The notes under the pieces: generated by a model
The model's database searches: none
What the model saw: only the letters and a program-made list of their open reading frames with translations
Told to the model about the DNA's origin: nothing
Made by a program: the position numbers and the translations under genes
IMG/VR virus record: IMGVR_UViG_3300037475_000211
Span: 3,330-67,329 of that record
Origin: a virus
Direction: 5' to 3' (one strand)
DNA length: 64,000 nucleotides
Shown here: in pieces, positions 21,218 to 32,224 of the stretch
How the letters are laid out: each line of letters begins with the position of its first letter
How positions within the stretch are numbered: the stretch's first letter is position 1

Positions 21218-21924
21218 ACGATTCAATTATTGAAAAAATTCAGCATCTTCGTAAGCTTTCTGCCAGCTCTAATATTGCGGAAGCTACTACAGCAGCTTTG
21301 ATTGCTGACAAATTAATTTCTAAATTTAGGATTTCTGAAGAAGAAATTAATGCTCATGCTACTGAAAAGCCCGAGCAATCTGGTGATATTTTATATGAAT
21401 CAGCCAGATCAATTACTTGGAAATCTAATCTTGCCAGCCGCCTTTCTAAACATTATGGCTGCTTTATCTATAATGATACTGCTCGTTCTGAGAAAGGGCG
21501 GCAGTTAACTCGCCTTAGATTAGTGGGTCTTAAATCAGATATGAGTTTAGTGCATTACATGTTTAACTGGTTAGTATTTGAGATCGAAAGGCTTAATAAG
21601 AAGAATAAGGGACAAGGACATATATTCTGCAATTCATTCTGTGAAGGGGCAGTTTCAGGAATTACCCAACAACTTCAAGCCTCCAAAGAAGAAGAAAAGA
21701 AAGAAGCCACCGTTAATAATCAGTCTCAAGCATTAGCTACATTAGATGCTCGTCATGCTTTAGCTGAATCTTATATTAGAGGTATTATGAAGTTAAAGAC
21801 AGTTAATAAGCCTAACTATAGTCATCTTGATGGTAATGCTTATGATGATGGAGTAAAAGCTGGAAAAAATCTTCATTTGGGAAAAGTAATGACTGGTGTT
21901 GGCAACAAGTTGTTGTCTAAGTAA
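21214..21924 (+). CDS. DUF2786-like protein
   Basis: IIEKIQHLRKLS.SSN.AEA..A...A.KL..K. Confidence 0.7.
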   Translation: MNDSIIEKIQHLRKLSASSNIAEATTAALIADKLISKFRISEEEINAHATEKPEQSGDILYESARSITWKSNLASRLSKHYGCFIYNDTARSEKGRQLTRLRLVGLKSDMSLVHYMFNWLVFEIERLNKKNKGQGHIFCNSFCEGAVSGITQQLQASKEEEKKEATVNNQSQALATLDARHALAESYIRGIMKLKTVNKPNYSHLDGNAYDDGVKAGKNLHLGKVMTGVGNKLLSK

Positions 21925-22023
21925 CAATACTTATGGTGTTTCACTCGCCGTAAGTGGTGGAGGTGATCAAATCTGATCGCCCTATAAGTTTTAGTATTTT
22001 CTTTAAAAAAATACATTTTTATT

Positions 22024-22285
22024 ATGAATAATACATATGATATTCTTATTAACAATAGGCTAATAAATATAGAATTTGATTTACATATATCGCGGCACTA
22101 TCCATTAAAATCATTTTTATATACTAATTGGAGTGAGCCCTTTGAAGATAAAATATATCATGATTTTTTTAGTCCTTAAGGATCAAATTGATTGGACTGT
22201 AGGTCCAATATATTATCCTGCTGAGTTTCGTAATTTTTGTGATTCTTATATTAAAAGACTTTTAAATTTGAAAGCATTTATTTAA
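22024..22285 (+). pseudogene. Frameshifted paralog of 22287..22532 and 22535..22786
   Basis: Removing one T from the T7 run at 22164-22170 gives an intact ORF ...TNWSEPF...HDFLV...IDW...YPAEFRNFCD...LLNLKAFI. Confidence 0.75.
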
Positions 22286-22286
22286 T

Positions 22287-22786
22287 ATGGAATTAAGTTA
22301 TATTTTGAATATAAACAACATAAAGTATGATGTTTCTATTGCAATTTATAATGATCGTACAATTTTTACGGATTGGGAACCGGCTTTTAATGATGGATAT
22401 GCTCATGATTTTGCCATTAGAAATAATAAAATTCAATGGTGGACACATAATGAAGATAAATTTCCTCCCGAATTTAAAGATTATTGCGACAATTTAGTAA
22501 AAAAATTTATTAAATTAAAAGCGTTTATTTAATTATGGAATTTAAATTTACTATATCTATAAATAATATTAATTATAATATTGAAGGTTTAATTCATGAA
22601 AGTAAAACTTCAGGAATGATTCTTACGAATTGGGAACCAGCATTCCATAATGATATGATTCATGATTTTAATATCTATAATAAAAAGATTAATTGGATAT
22701 TTGGAAATACAAAATATCCGTATGAGTTTATTGATTACTGCAATAATATTGTAGATAAGTTTTTTAAATTAAAAGCATTTTCGTAG
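22287..22786 (+). other. Two tandem paralogous genes (22287..22532, 22535..22786) with C-terminal tag
   Basis: Shared T[DN]WEPAF...HDF.I.N.KI.W...P.EF.DYC; end KLKAFI and KLKAFS. Confidence 0.8.
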
Positions 22787-22813
22787 CGGTATATAGATTT
22801 ATTGAGAGGTTTT

Positions 22814-23161
22814 ATGAAATATTTATTAATTACAGCATGTTTACTTTCGGCTAGTATTGCGGTTGCATCTCCTATAGAGAGAACAATTTTCTCTTCATTA
22901 GAATCTGGCAAATCTAAATCATATGATTTAACAGTATCAAAAGGTAAGACTTCTATTGCTGTAGAGCAAACAGATGATGGAACTAAACCAGTATTAACAT
23001 GTACCTTTTCTTCAGATGGTGAAGTTGGGTTGGAGCAAAAGAAAGTAACTCGATGTCTTGGCAAACTTGATTTAAAGAAAGAAATTAAGTTAACTGTTAA
23101 AATTACTAATGAATCTTCTAAGACTTTAGACTTTCAAGTAAAACAGTTTGCCGTTAAATGA
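22814..23161 (+). CDS. Secreted beta-rich protein
   Basis: Signal peptide MKYLLITACLLSASIAVA. Confidence 0.55.
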   Translation: MKYLLITACLLSASIAVASPIERTIFSSLESGKSKSYDLTVSKGKTSIAVEQTDDGTKPVLTCTFSSDGEVGLEQKKVTRCLGKLDLKKEIKLTVKITNESSKTLDFQVKQFAVK

Positions 23162-23757
23162 TAACATTTGCAATTACTGGGAACATTGCTACAGGCAAAA
23201 GTACTGTTACTAAAACCATATCTGAAAAATATGGAATACCAATTGTAGATGTTGATCTAATCATTAGACAGGTAGTTGAGCCTGGTAAGCCTGGATTGCA
23301 GTATTTAGTAAATGCATTAGGTAGTGGTATTTTAAAAGATGATGGATATTTAAATAGAGCCTACATAAGTAATTTAGTTTTTAACGATAAATTATCAATG
23401 AATAAACTAAATGCAATTATGGATCCTCTTGTTAAAGAAGAAGTATTTAATCAAGTTCAAGATCTTCATAGCCAGGGGCATTATTTAGTTGGTGTCGATT
23501 ATCCTCTTCTATTTGAATCTGGTGTAAATAATTTATATTATCCAATTATTGTAATTTCTTGTTCTCCAGAATTACAACTTAAAAGACTTATGGCTCGCAA
23601 TAATTTCACTAAAGAACAAGCTTTAGTTCGTATTGATAGTCAAATGTCTTTACAAGATAAGATGGCAAAGTCAGATTTTGTCATTCATAATAACAATGGA
23701 TTATCAGAGTTATCTTCTGATATACATTCTATTGTTAATAAATTGAAACAATTATAA
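23158..23757 (+). CDS. coaE: Dephospho-CoA kinase
   Basis: ITGNIATGKSTV, DVD.I.RQVVEPG, PLLFE, RLMARN, RIDSQM. Confidence 0.92.
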   Translation: MITFAITGNIATGKSTVTKTISEKYGIPIVDVDLIIRQVVEPGKPGLQYLVNALGSGILKDDGYLNRAYISNLVFNDKLSMNKLNAIMDPLVKEEVFNQVQDLHSQGHYLVGVDYPLLFESGVNNLYYPIIVISCSPELQLKRLMARNNFTKEQALVRIDSQMSLQDKMAKSDFVIHNNNGLSELSSDIHSIVNKLKQL

Positions 23758-23784
23758 AAACGCCTGACGGCAAAGGAAAATAAT

Positions 23785-24291
23785 ATGGAACTAACACTTA
23801 TTAAAATGGCTCTTGCCGTAGCATGTCAGACACTACCTACAGCATCTGTTAATGCTTATGCTGATATTATTCACGCACAATCAGTTAAATTAAATCAAGA
23901 CCCCCTTATTACTGTTGCTATTATTAAACATGAAAGTAAATGTAATAGTAGTGTTATTTCTGATGACAAATTTGACTGGGGTTTAATGCAAATTAGAGCT
24001 ATGTATTATAAGGGTCCAGCTGTTAATTTACTTAATCCTTGGATCAATATTACTGTTGGTTCTTATTGGATTCAATCAAGTTATGAATTTTGTGAGAAGC
24101 AACTTGGCAGAGAACCTGTAACTCAAGAGTGGTTGTCATGCTTCCAGGGTACTTGTAAACATCATGGTAAATGGTGTCAGCCAACAAAAATGACTAATAG
24201 GGTAGAAGAATATGCTACTTGCTTGCAACATAACGTTATATCTAATATGAGTGTAGAAAATTGTGATGCAATTTATGCTCAAAGGTTATGA
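23785..24291 (+). CDS. SLT-family lytic transglycosylase
   Basis: AIIKHES, GLMQI, LLNPWINI.VG. Confidence 0.8.
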   Translation: MELTLIKMALAVACQTLPTASVNAYADIIHAQSVKLNQDPLITVAIIKHESKCNSSVISDDKFDWGLMQIRAMYYKGPAVNLLNPWINITVGSYWIQSSYEFCEKQLGREPVTQEWLSCFQGTCKHHGKWCQPTKMTNRVEEYATCLQHNVISNMSVENCDAIYAQRL

Positions 24292-25859
24292 AATTTTATT
24301 ATAATTTTTTAAAAGATTCAAAGTTCAAAGAAGATATTGAGCTGTGTTGGGCTACTGGTAATGCTAATCCAGGAAAAGAATTTTTTGAAACTGAATATGT
24401 TAATGGGTTTTTATTTGAAATTTTTTATAAAGGATTCTGTCTTGCCTTTTACAAGCATTCATTTCCTATAGAATATTTATATTCTGTTTTATATTTTGAT
24501 AATAAAATTATTAAAGATAATAATGAAAATTTTCCTATTACAGAAATTATTTCCTTTATTGAAAGAGAGATAGAATATTGTAATAAATATTTAAACCTGA
24601 AATCATTTTCATGAATAATCTTCTTAAAAAATCTTTCTATTCTAAATTAGATTTAAATAAAGGAATTCTAAATTTAGGATCCAAAATATATTTAGATGCT
24701 GGATGGATTTACTGTAATATAGAATATGAAAACTTCTGCATAGATATTAGAAGAATTTCTTCTTCTCTTCTTAAAGAAGATGAATTTGAAATTATGGTTA
24801 AAGATTATAAAAATATAGTTGAGAGCCATTTTAGTGGGTCCAGTTATGCTATTGTATTTAAAGAAATTTGTGGTAGAAGTTCAATATTAGAATCTATGCA
24901 AAAAGCCATAGATTATGGTCATAAAAGGTTTAATAGGTTAAGAGCTTTCTTATGAAGTATTCAGAATTAGATTTTAATGATGGAAAAATAACTTGGGACT
25001 CATATAAAAATTATCCTGAAGAGTCTCATTTTAAAAAACATATGCTTGATCAAGATATGTTATGTATACAATATAAAGATTATACAATTGATTTAGGTTG
25101 GTATCAAACAGTATATTTGATTGCAATTATTGATAATAATTCTTTAGAATGGAATCCACTTTACTCAATTAAAGTATTAAATCATGATGAGGTTTTTGAT
25201 AAGCTTCAAGAAGTAATTAATAACGCTGAAAGTCTTTTTAATTTAAAAGTGTTTTTATGAAGTTTTCTGAAATAGATTTTAAAGGTTATAAAACTACCTG
25301 GCTGATTACGCCAGCAGCTATTAAAAAATTATTTAAAACAAAATTTACACATAAATATTCTCGTACTATCGGTACAATTCATTTAAATAAATATTATATT
25401 TCTTTTTGGTGGTATTGTAGAGAGAAAAATAGTTATATGTCTGTAACGGTTTTTGAAAGAGCCACTAAACTTTTTATGTCTTCAGTTTTTATAATAGATT
25501 TTAAAGCTTATCAATTTAAAGATTTTTGCGCTTTATTAAATGATCAAATTTCTTATTATCATAGATTAGAAAATTTACAATGTTTTGCGTAGATTACATT
25601 AATGATTAAATTGGGTCCAAAATTTTTATCATCATTAGAAATATATAATGGCAGATTGCATTATAATAAATCAGGACTAGATATTGAATACCCAATTTAT
25701 GCCATTTGGTTTGATTTAGAAAATAAAACTGTGGCTATCTCAGATTTAATAATATTTAAAGATTGGTATATTATTAAATCAAATTTAAAGAAAAAAGAAA
25801 TTCAATCTCTAATAACTAAATATTTTAACACTTATAATAATTTAAAAGTGTTTTATTAA
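24288..25859 (+). other. Five consecutive small genes, each with the C-terminal tag (24288, 24611, 24952, 25257, 25602)
   Basis: End NLKSFS, RLRAFL, NLKVFL, NLQCFA, NLKVFY; three carry [YF]S[EK][LI]D[FL] near the N-terminus. Confidence 0.7.
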
Positions 25860-25878
25860 AACAAAAGGAAACAAACAA

Positions 25879-26265
25879 ATGAGCACACGAATTATGTATC
25901 TACGAGACAATAACAATCCTCAGGGCAAAGGCAATCCGATTGGCTGTTTGGCTATTGGAATTAATGATGTGCCTAATGGAACTTCCACAGGCAAAATCAT
26001 TTGCGCTAATATCTTTTATCAATTATCAATTTGTCATCCAAATGATAAATTTGATCGCCAATTTGGGCAATCAAGGGCTATGGGTAAACTTCAAGGTCTC
26101 CCAATTTATGCAGGCAACATTCAAGAAAAAGAAATATCAATTCATCAAATTACTTCTATGGTCATGAGTCATGTATCAAAGAATAAAGATTTTCCTGTTC
26201 GTATTCGTCAATCTGCACAACGCTGGCTTTCTGGCGCCATGTTAAAAGCTGTAGCAGTACTGTAA
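25879..26265 (+). CDS. Hypothetical phage protein
   Basis: AAGGA RBS; SICHPNDKFDRQFG..RA motif. Confidence 0.5.
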   Translation: MSTRIMYLRDNNNPQGKGNPIGCLAIGINDVPNGTSTGKIICANIFYQLSICHPNDKFDRQFGQSRAMGKLQGLPIYAGNIQEKEISIHQITSMVMSHVSKNKDFPVRIRQSAQRWLSGAMLKAVAVL

Positions 26266-26269
26266 ACGC

Positions 26270-26369
26270 TCCCATCATCTAACGGTAATCATCCAGAGAA
26301 TGAAGGTTGCCGTAAGGCTGGAGCCTGAACACAAGTGAAGGTTCCCATCATCTAACGGTAGTCATCCAG
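26270..26369 (+). promoter_or_regulatory. TCCCATC-N3-TAACGG motif, copies 4 and 5 (26270-26285, 26343-26358), within a 27-bp direct repeat
   Basis: tcccatcatctaacggta[a/g]tcatccag occurs twice, 73 bp apart. Confidence 0.75.
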
Positions 26370-26401
26370 TAAGTGAGACGGTAACGAGGAAGCAAAGTTA
26401 A

Positions 26402-26845
26402 ATGGTAAATTTAATAGCAACAATTGGCGGACTGTTCGCAGTCTTTACATTTGTGTATTTCTTTGTGGACTGGTTACTGCAAACTCATGCTGAGGCAATG
26501 GTTAAACATAATAACTGGAAGGTTAGAGCTAGGCACTGTGTAATTTATACTGTAGGATTTATTCCTCTAATGTGGTTAGTAAAATTTACTGCACTAGAGG
26601 TTGTGATTGGTTTGAATATTTTATTCTGGTCTCACTTTTATTTAGATACATATCACGGAGTTTATCTTTGGTGTAAATATATTAGAAAGCCTCCCGAAAT
26701 TGTTAATGCAAAAGACCCTAAAGAGGGCTTCGTTGCATTTGTACAAACAACTTTAGGCAAAATATTATTAATAGCCGTTGATCAAATTTTTCATCTACTA
26801 TTTTTATTATTGATTTGTTGTTGCTTTGTTATCTCTAAAATCTAA
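26402..26845 (+). CDS. DUF3307-like membrane protein
   Basis: DWLLQT...K...H..IY, SHFYLD, DQIFH. Confidence 0.7.
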   Translation: MVNLIATIGGLFAVFTFVYFFVDWLLQTHAEAMVKHNNWKVRARHCVIYTVGFIPLMWLVKFTALEVVIGLNILFWSHFYLDTYHGVYLWCKYIRKPPEIVNAKDPKEGFVAFVQTTLGKILLIAVDQIFHLLFLLLICCCFVISKI

Positions 26846-27385
26846 AAGAGATAAAATCATTACTTTAGTTTCTTCAACTGTAAATTTATCAGAACGAATT
26901 TGATTACAAGTAGTACAGCAAGGCAAAACATTATCAATGTGATATCCGTGACTATTGTCAATACGATCTAATCCTCTACCAAATGAAGGTGTATTCATTT
27001 TGTCATTACAATAATAACAAGGTTTAGAGATTAAATCAGTGTATTCTTCTAATGTTAAAGAAACCTGTAATTCATATAATTTACCTTGATTTATTAAATA
27101 TTTATATCTTACATCAGGGCGTGATTTATTTTTTTGACGAGATAGTCTCAGTATTTCTTTTATCTTTAGTTTTTGTTCAGGGGTAAAATTTTTACGTCTT
27201 TGTATATCATATGCGCGCTTTGCCGCCTTCTTTTCATTTGCTTTGATTTGAATTTCTTCTGGCGTCATTTCTTTTTTATTTTTCCTTCTTTTATTATGAT
27301 ATCTTTCATTATCATATTGTCGAATTATTTTTAATTCCTCTGGAGTTAAATCGCTTCGTTTTTTTGAAAAAATACTTTTTATCAT
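26807..27385 (-). mobile_element. HNH (His-Cys) homing endonuclease
   Basis: PCYYC, GLDRIDNSHGYHIDNVLPCCTTCN; GATATATT upstream at 27406-27413. Confidence 0.85.
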
Positions 27386-27486
27386 TTGGTAATTCCTTAA
27401 TGATTAATATATCGTTATAATCATAGATTTGTTACCAAGTTAATCGTTTAGTTAATTAACAACATTAAGCAGTGGAGATATTACAT

Positions 27487-27747
27487 ATGAGCAATCAACA
27501 ACACATTGACGATTCTTTGGCAAAAATTCGAGTTATCTTTGAGAAAGCTTCGGCTCGTATTGAAGCACTGGCTCCTGGCGAAAAGATTCCTGCTACAACT
27601 TTAGCAGCTGAATTGGCAACAGAGATTGGATTAACTGGTCCAGGACTCTATCCTACATTGAAATTTTTATTTGATGGTTATCCTGGCGTTGAAGTTCGCC
27701 GCGGCGCCCATGGTGGTATCGTTAGATTGCCAATTAAATCAGAGTAA
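27487..27747 (+). CDS. Winged-helix DNA-binding protein (Rrf2-like wing), paralog 1
   Basis: GEKIPATTLAAEL...VEVRRGAHGGI. Confidence 0.6.
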   Translation: MSNQQHIDDSLAKIRVIFEKASARIEALAPGEKIPATTLAAELATEIGLTGPGLYPTLKFLFDGYPGVEVRRGAHGGIVRLPIKSE

Positions 27748-28125
27748 ATGAACTATAAAGATTTGGATTTTAAAAATGGTGAGTTAAAAACTAATCATTT
27801 AAGTAAAGTAATCACGTTAAAAAACTCTATTAAAAAAAATATAATTGACATTAATTTAGATGTTAGTGATTGTATTTTATGGTTACATTTCCCTAAAGTT
27901 TTTAGTATAGATTCTCATTTTTCTAATCGTACAACATCTTTTTCTATAAGGCAGTTTGAATATATAAAACCAATAGATAGTCATCGTGATAATGATGATC
28001 TTTATGATTATAAACTCATAAACTCATATCATGATTTTAAAAATATTAAAGAATATTTAAATAGACTTCAATATACTATAAATTATAATTATAAATTATA
28101 CAAAACTTTAAAAGCTTTTAGCTAA
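27748..28125 (+). CDS. Small protein with C-terminal tag
   Basis: MNYKDLDFKNG start as in the 24952 family; ends YKTLKAFS. Confidence 0.6.
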   Translation: MNYKDLDFKNGELKTNHLSKVITLKNSIKKNIIDINLDVSDCILWLHFPKVFSIDSHFSNRTTSFSIRQFEYIKPIDSHRDNDDLYDYKLINSYHDFKNIKEYLNRLQYTINYNYKLYKTLKAFS

Positions 28126-28213
28126 ATAATTAGCTAATATATCCAACTATATTTAGAATTCTTCTAAAAGTTGGACCAAATAAACAAAAACAAGTAACGT
28201 AGGAGAATATCAA

Positions 28214-28552
28214 ATGGATAAGTTTACGAAGCGTGGTACTGATGGTTCTGTGGATGTGTTGGCGTCGGCTGCTGCTTACACGGCGGCTCTTGAGAATTGG
28301 ATTGGCGAGAATGAGATTCCCGCTAACCAAATTGAGACGGCTGTGAATGCGGTCTTGGATCTGTATCCGAGCCAAAGCGTTCCGATGCCGGCGCTTTTGA
28401 GTGCGGCAGTTGCCAATCTCAATGGTACGCCCGCGCAATTCGGTGCTTTGAGCAAGCGCGTTCATGCCTTCGTGACTGGTCAGAAGACTGCTGGTCTTTT
28501 GACTGTCGCTAAGGGCAAAGGCGGCGGCGTTTCGCGTCCTGCTGCTAAGTAA
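28214..28552 (+). CDS. Winged-helix-like protein, paralog 2, GC-rich gene
   Basis: AGGAG RBS; ends LTVAKGKGGGVSR; 34/60 and 35/60 G+C in two lines counted. Confidence 0.6.
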   Translation: MDKFTKRGTDGSVDVLASAAAYTAALENWIGENEIPANQIETAVNAVLDLYPSQSVPMPALLSAAVANLNGTPAQFGALSKRVHAFVTGQKTAGLLTVAKGKGGGVSRPAAK

Positions 28553-28618
28553 TACTTAGCAAAGCAGCATCAACTATATAAAGCTTTTTATTAAGAGTTG
28601 ATGTGCGAATCTGATTAT

Positions 28619-28653
28619 AGGGTGCTATATTGTAAAAGATATAGCGCCCTTTA
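28619..28653 (+). terminator. Probable intrinsic terminator
   Basis: agggtgctatat/atatagcgccct hairpin followed by a T-rich tract. Confidence 0.55.
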
Positions 28654-28894
28654 ATTATTTGTACTGTTTTTATTAGGAGAATTAATATGCTTTTGATCGA
28701 ATTAGAAGAAGCTTTAGATGACCTTTTGCCACCGGGATATTCAATTGAAACTAATCGTAAAGGAGAATTAATTATCCGCACCAATTGTCGTAAAGATGAT
28801 GATGGTGAATTAATTAGCCTTGATGAGGATTTTAATGAGGATGAAGATCCTTCCTTTGATGATGATACTGTTTCATTAGAAGATGATAGCGATG

Positions 28895-29125
28895 ATGACT
28901 AAATTAGTTATTTTATTTTCATGTATATCTTTATTTGGATGTTCATCTATTTATTTTAGTCCTATATCATGGTTTGATTTCAGAACTGATGAAGTTAAGA
29001 CATCTGCTACGATATATGGAGATTGCACGACTGATCTTCAATGTGAAGAATTAGTTCCTGGTCAACATTTCTTTTGCTATAAAGAACAATCTTATGTTGG
29101 TCAGTGCGTTCAAGTCTTACAATAA
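28895..29125 (+). CDS. Cys-rich lipoprotein
   Basis: Lipobox LFGC; CTTDLQC...C...GQC. Confidence 0.55.
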   Translation: MTKLVILFSCISLFGCSSIYFSPISWFDFRTDEVKTSATIYGDCTTDLQCEELVPGQHFFCYKEQSYVGQCVQVLQ

Positions 29126-29452
29126 TGTTATATTTAATGTATGCCTTTGAACAGAAAATCTAGAGTGTCTACAAGGAAAAAAGTGTTTAATAAAACATTA
29201 TTCAAGTTACATCAAAATGGTGTTATTAGTAAACAAACTTTATTGGATAATGATGATTTTCCATCCGGAACTATTATTTTAACTGATGGTGAGCAGATTA
29301 TTAAAAATAATTCCGCTACCGGTTGCACTTGCATGAAGTGTGGTCAAATTAACGAATATGCGGAGCCCAATCAAAGTGATGGAACTTTCTTATGCTTCAC
29401 ATGTAAAAATGGCTATTAGACATGGAATAATGTGATATATAGTTTACGTTAT

Positions 29453-29527
29453 TGTGGAATCTTCTAACTGGCAGGAAAAACGGCTTTGAACCGTTCAATA
29501 TAGGATCGTTCCCTATTTCCACAACCA
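29453..29527 (+). tRNA. tRNA-Gln(TTG)
   Basis: TGTGGAA/TTCCACA acceptor, AACGG-CTTTGAA-CCGTT anticodon arm, encoded CCA; T loop ATCGTTC is non-canonical. Confidence 0.85.
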
Positions 29528-29532
29528 AACAT

Positions 29533-29615
29533 GGTGATATGGCGTAACTGGTAGCCGCACAATACTTAAAATATTGCGTTAATTCGTGGGGGTTCAAATC
29601 CCTCTATCACCACCA
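29533..29615 (+). tRNA. tRNA-Leu(TAA)
   Basis: GGTGATA/TATCACC acceptor, CAATA-CTTAAAA-TATTG, variable arm, TTCAAAT, ACCA. Confidence 0.92.
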
Positions 29616-30371
29616 ATTAATTATTAAGGAAATATATTATGTCATTATTACAAGAAGCCAAAAATAATACAATCAATTTTCGCATTAAAGAATCAGCCTA
29701 TAAAGTTACGTCTGCATTAAAAGATGTAATTGATTTAATTAAAAGTCGATCATTAAATGGTTATGATTATTGTTTAATAGAACTATCTATCCTAAAAATA
29801 GGTGTTCATGAAGCTGAACAACTTATAGTTCATCCATCTTTAACTGGATTTATTTGTTCAGTTGAAAAGACATTCATAACAGACGATTCTTCCTCAGTTT
29901 GCGGAGGATATAACGCTGATTGTCTTAAGATAAGTTGGAAGTAATATTAATAATATTTAATTTATGTATGAAAAAGAAAAAGGAACTGCCCAAAAGAAAT
30001 GAATACGTGATTGCTATGAAGAAATCACGTAAAGGTGGTCCTATGGCTAATAAGAAAGCTAAAAGAAAAAACGGAAAGAATAAGCAGAAAGAATTGTTAG
30101 ATGAAAACTATTAATTTGGTGGCAGAGGGTTTTCCATTAGGGCTTGTTTGTGAAACAAAAACCTATAAAAGTATCTGGGTTAAGGATGTTAAAAGTTGTA
30201 TGATTCGTAACTTCTTTGAAGAGCAACAATTAAAACCGATACATCTTCGTCAAACTTTTTGTATGATTTCTTGTCCTTGTGAGAATTGTTCTCCAGGTAG
30301 ATTGTAAAATTTCACCATTCAAATTTATTGCTTCTTTTATTAATAAAATAATCTTAGAAAGAAAATTGAAT

Positions 30372-30833
30372 ATGCCATACACTTTGGTGGTTGTAGATTT
30401 CCAATATGAGTTTAAAGCTTCTCGCAAACGTAAGACGATTGAAGCTTGTAAAAATGCCATTATTAAAGCCATTAATGATGAGGCTGTCATTGTATTTTTA
30501 GAATATATTGGTTGTGGTCGTACAATGAAATCATTATTTAATTTAGTTGATACTTATGAATCAGTTCATTTTATTCGTAAAGTTGGATGTGACGGTTCTT
30601 TAGAAATTAAAGTTATTGAAAATATGTTAGCTACTGAGCACTTCAGGGTTTGCGGTGTTAATACTGATGCTTGTGTTGAAGAAACTGTTTTAGGTCTTAA
30701 TTCAGAGTATCCAGAAGCGGTTATAGAAGTGTTAGAACAAGCTTGTAACTCTGATTTAAGTCATGAACAAGGCATTTTAAATATGCTTGCTTGTAAGCAA
30801 GTAGTGATTAATAAGTCACCAATTAAGTTATGA
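30372..30833 (+). CDS. Isochorismatase / nicotinamidase (PncA-like) cysteine hydrolase
   Basis: LVVVDFQ, K, CGVNTDACVEET. Confidence 0.8.
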   Translation: MPYTLVVVDFQYEFKASRKRKTIEACKNAIIKAINDEAVIVFLEYIGCGRTMKSLFNLVDTYESVHFIRKVGCDGSLEIKVIENMLATEHFRVCGVNTDACVEETVLGLNSEYPEAVIEVLEQACNSDLSHEQGILNMLACKQVVINKSPIKL

Positions 30834-31246
30834 TTAATAATAATACATTAATAACTATTATCATCTTTGCATGGGGTACTGGCGCTATCTTTACTAAGAT
30901 GGCAAGCGATCAATTACATCCAATGATGATTGCAGTAGTAAGTACTTTGCTTTATATTTTTGTAGAAATTCCAATAGCTTTAGTTATTTTTAAAATTAAT
31001 ACGCATGTAACAGTCAGTGGAATTGTATATGCATTACTTAGTGCATTACTTATGAGTATTGGATCTATTACATATTTTTTCGCCTTACAGAAGGGTGGAG
31101 CAGCTGAAGTTACTTCTGTAACAAGTTTATATCCTGTTCTGACTTTAGTTTTAGCTTATTTATTCTTAAGTGAAGAGATGAGTTTAAGAAAAGTTATTGG
31201 ATGTTTGTTGGCGGTTGCATCTATAATTCTGATTACAAAGAAATAA
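30830..31246 (+). CDS. EamA/DMT-family transporter (single repeat)
   Basis: WG...K, YFFAL..G, SLYPV...LA..FL.E. Confidence 0.85.
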   Translation: MINNNTLITIIIFAWGTGAIFTKMASDQLHPMMIAVVSTLLYIFVEIPIALVIFKINTHVTVSGIVYALLSALLMSIGSITYFFALQKGGAAEVTSVTSLYPVLTLVLAYLFLSEEMSLRKVIGCLLAVASIILITKK

Positions 31247-32224
31247 AAATGTCTGTTCAAATAAAAGAAAAAATTCTTTCTGTTAAAGAAATTATGGAAT
31301 TTAATCTTGATAAAGATGATAAAGATAATGATCTTTATATTCTTGTAAAGAAAGAAAGCCCTCCTTTATTTTTAAAGATAAATGGATTATTAGAAAAATT
31401 TTGTCTTAATAAAATGGATATTGCTCTTTATTATTTTGAAGATGCATATATTCAATCATTGAGATTTAATCTTGATATAGTTAAAAAGCCAGCAGAGTGG
31501 AAATATATTTTACCAGGAAATTTATGATTAATAAATTGCTTAAAGATTATGAATCTTACCCTTTGGCATCTGAATGGGTAAAGGAAAATGTTCCAGACTC
31601 AAATCTTATTTATAAGAGTGGAGTAGGTAATCAAATTAAAACTGGTTTAGCAATGACTGATTTAGTTAGGTTTGAATTGCCAGAACCTCGAGTAGCAAGT
31701 ACTCACAATAGTAAGTCCTGTAAATTACCAGTTTTAGCTTATAAAGTTTGGCACTATGAAAATGGTGGAGCTATTTGTTTTGTTAGAGATAATTTTTATA
31801 ATATTAAATTATCTGTAATATCAGAATTTCCAATTAGTATGCATTATGCACTTATGCATCACGAAATGTCTCAAGAAGAATATAATGCAGAGCGTCAACG
31901 TTGTATTGATTACGATAGTAAAGGTAGTCCAAGGCTGACAATAGCTGAAGTAACTACTGATTTGTGGATGAAGGGATGGTCTGGAAATAAGATTATCCGT
32001 AAAGATAATAAAATTTGGAAGGCTTATAATGTTAACAGTTGTTATTGTGAAGGTATTAATCGTTTAGATTTACCTCCAGAGGTCTTTGAGCCTTATGAAG
32101 ATAATAAATCAATGTTTACTATTGAGCTAGCATCTCATGCCCATGTTGGTTATCTATTAGAACACATTCATAATAATGTTGAACATGGAGCTTATCTTAA
32201 GCTAAAAGAAAATTAGGGAACAAA

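Noticed and set aside
24952-25260. Toxin-immunity-protein call from DML.I....IDLGWY
   Set aside because: Short motif only, with no adjacent toxin gene; left as a tagged hypothetical protein
25879-26265. Nucleotide-signal sponge (anti-CBASS-like) call from the C.P.D.F....G...A motif
   Set aside because: The resemblance rests on a short motif recalled from memory and cannot be supported without an HMM or structure search
26270-26369. Possible CRISPR mini-array
   Set aside because: Only two repeats, no cas genes, and the repeat core is the dispersed 16-bp motif found singly elsewhere
28130-28465. Antisense 111-aa ORF
   Set aside because: Shadow of the GC-rich + strand gene 28214..28552, which has the RBS and family motif
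29397-29597. Antisense 66-aa ORF
   Set aside because: Overlaps two well-formed tRNA genes
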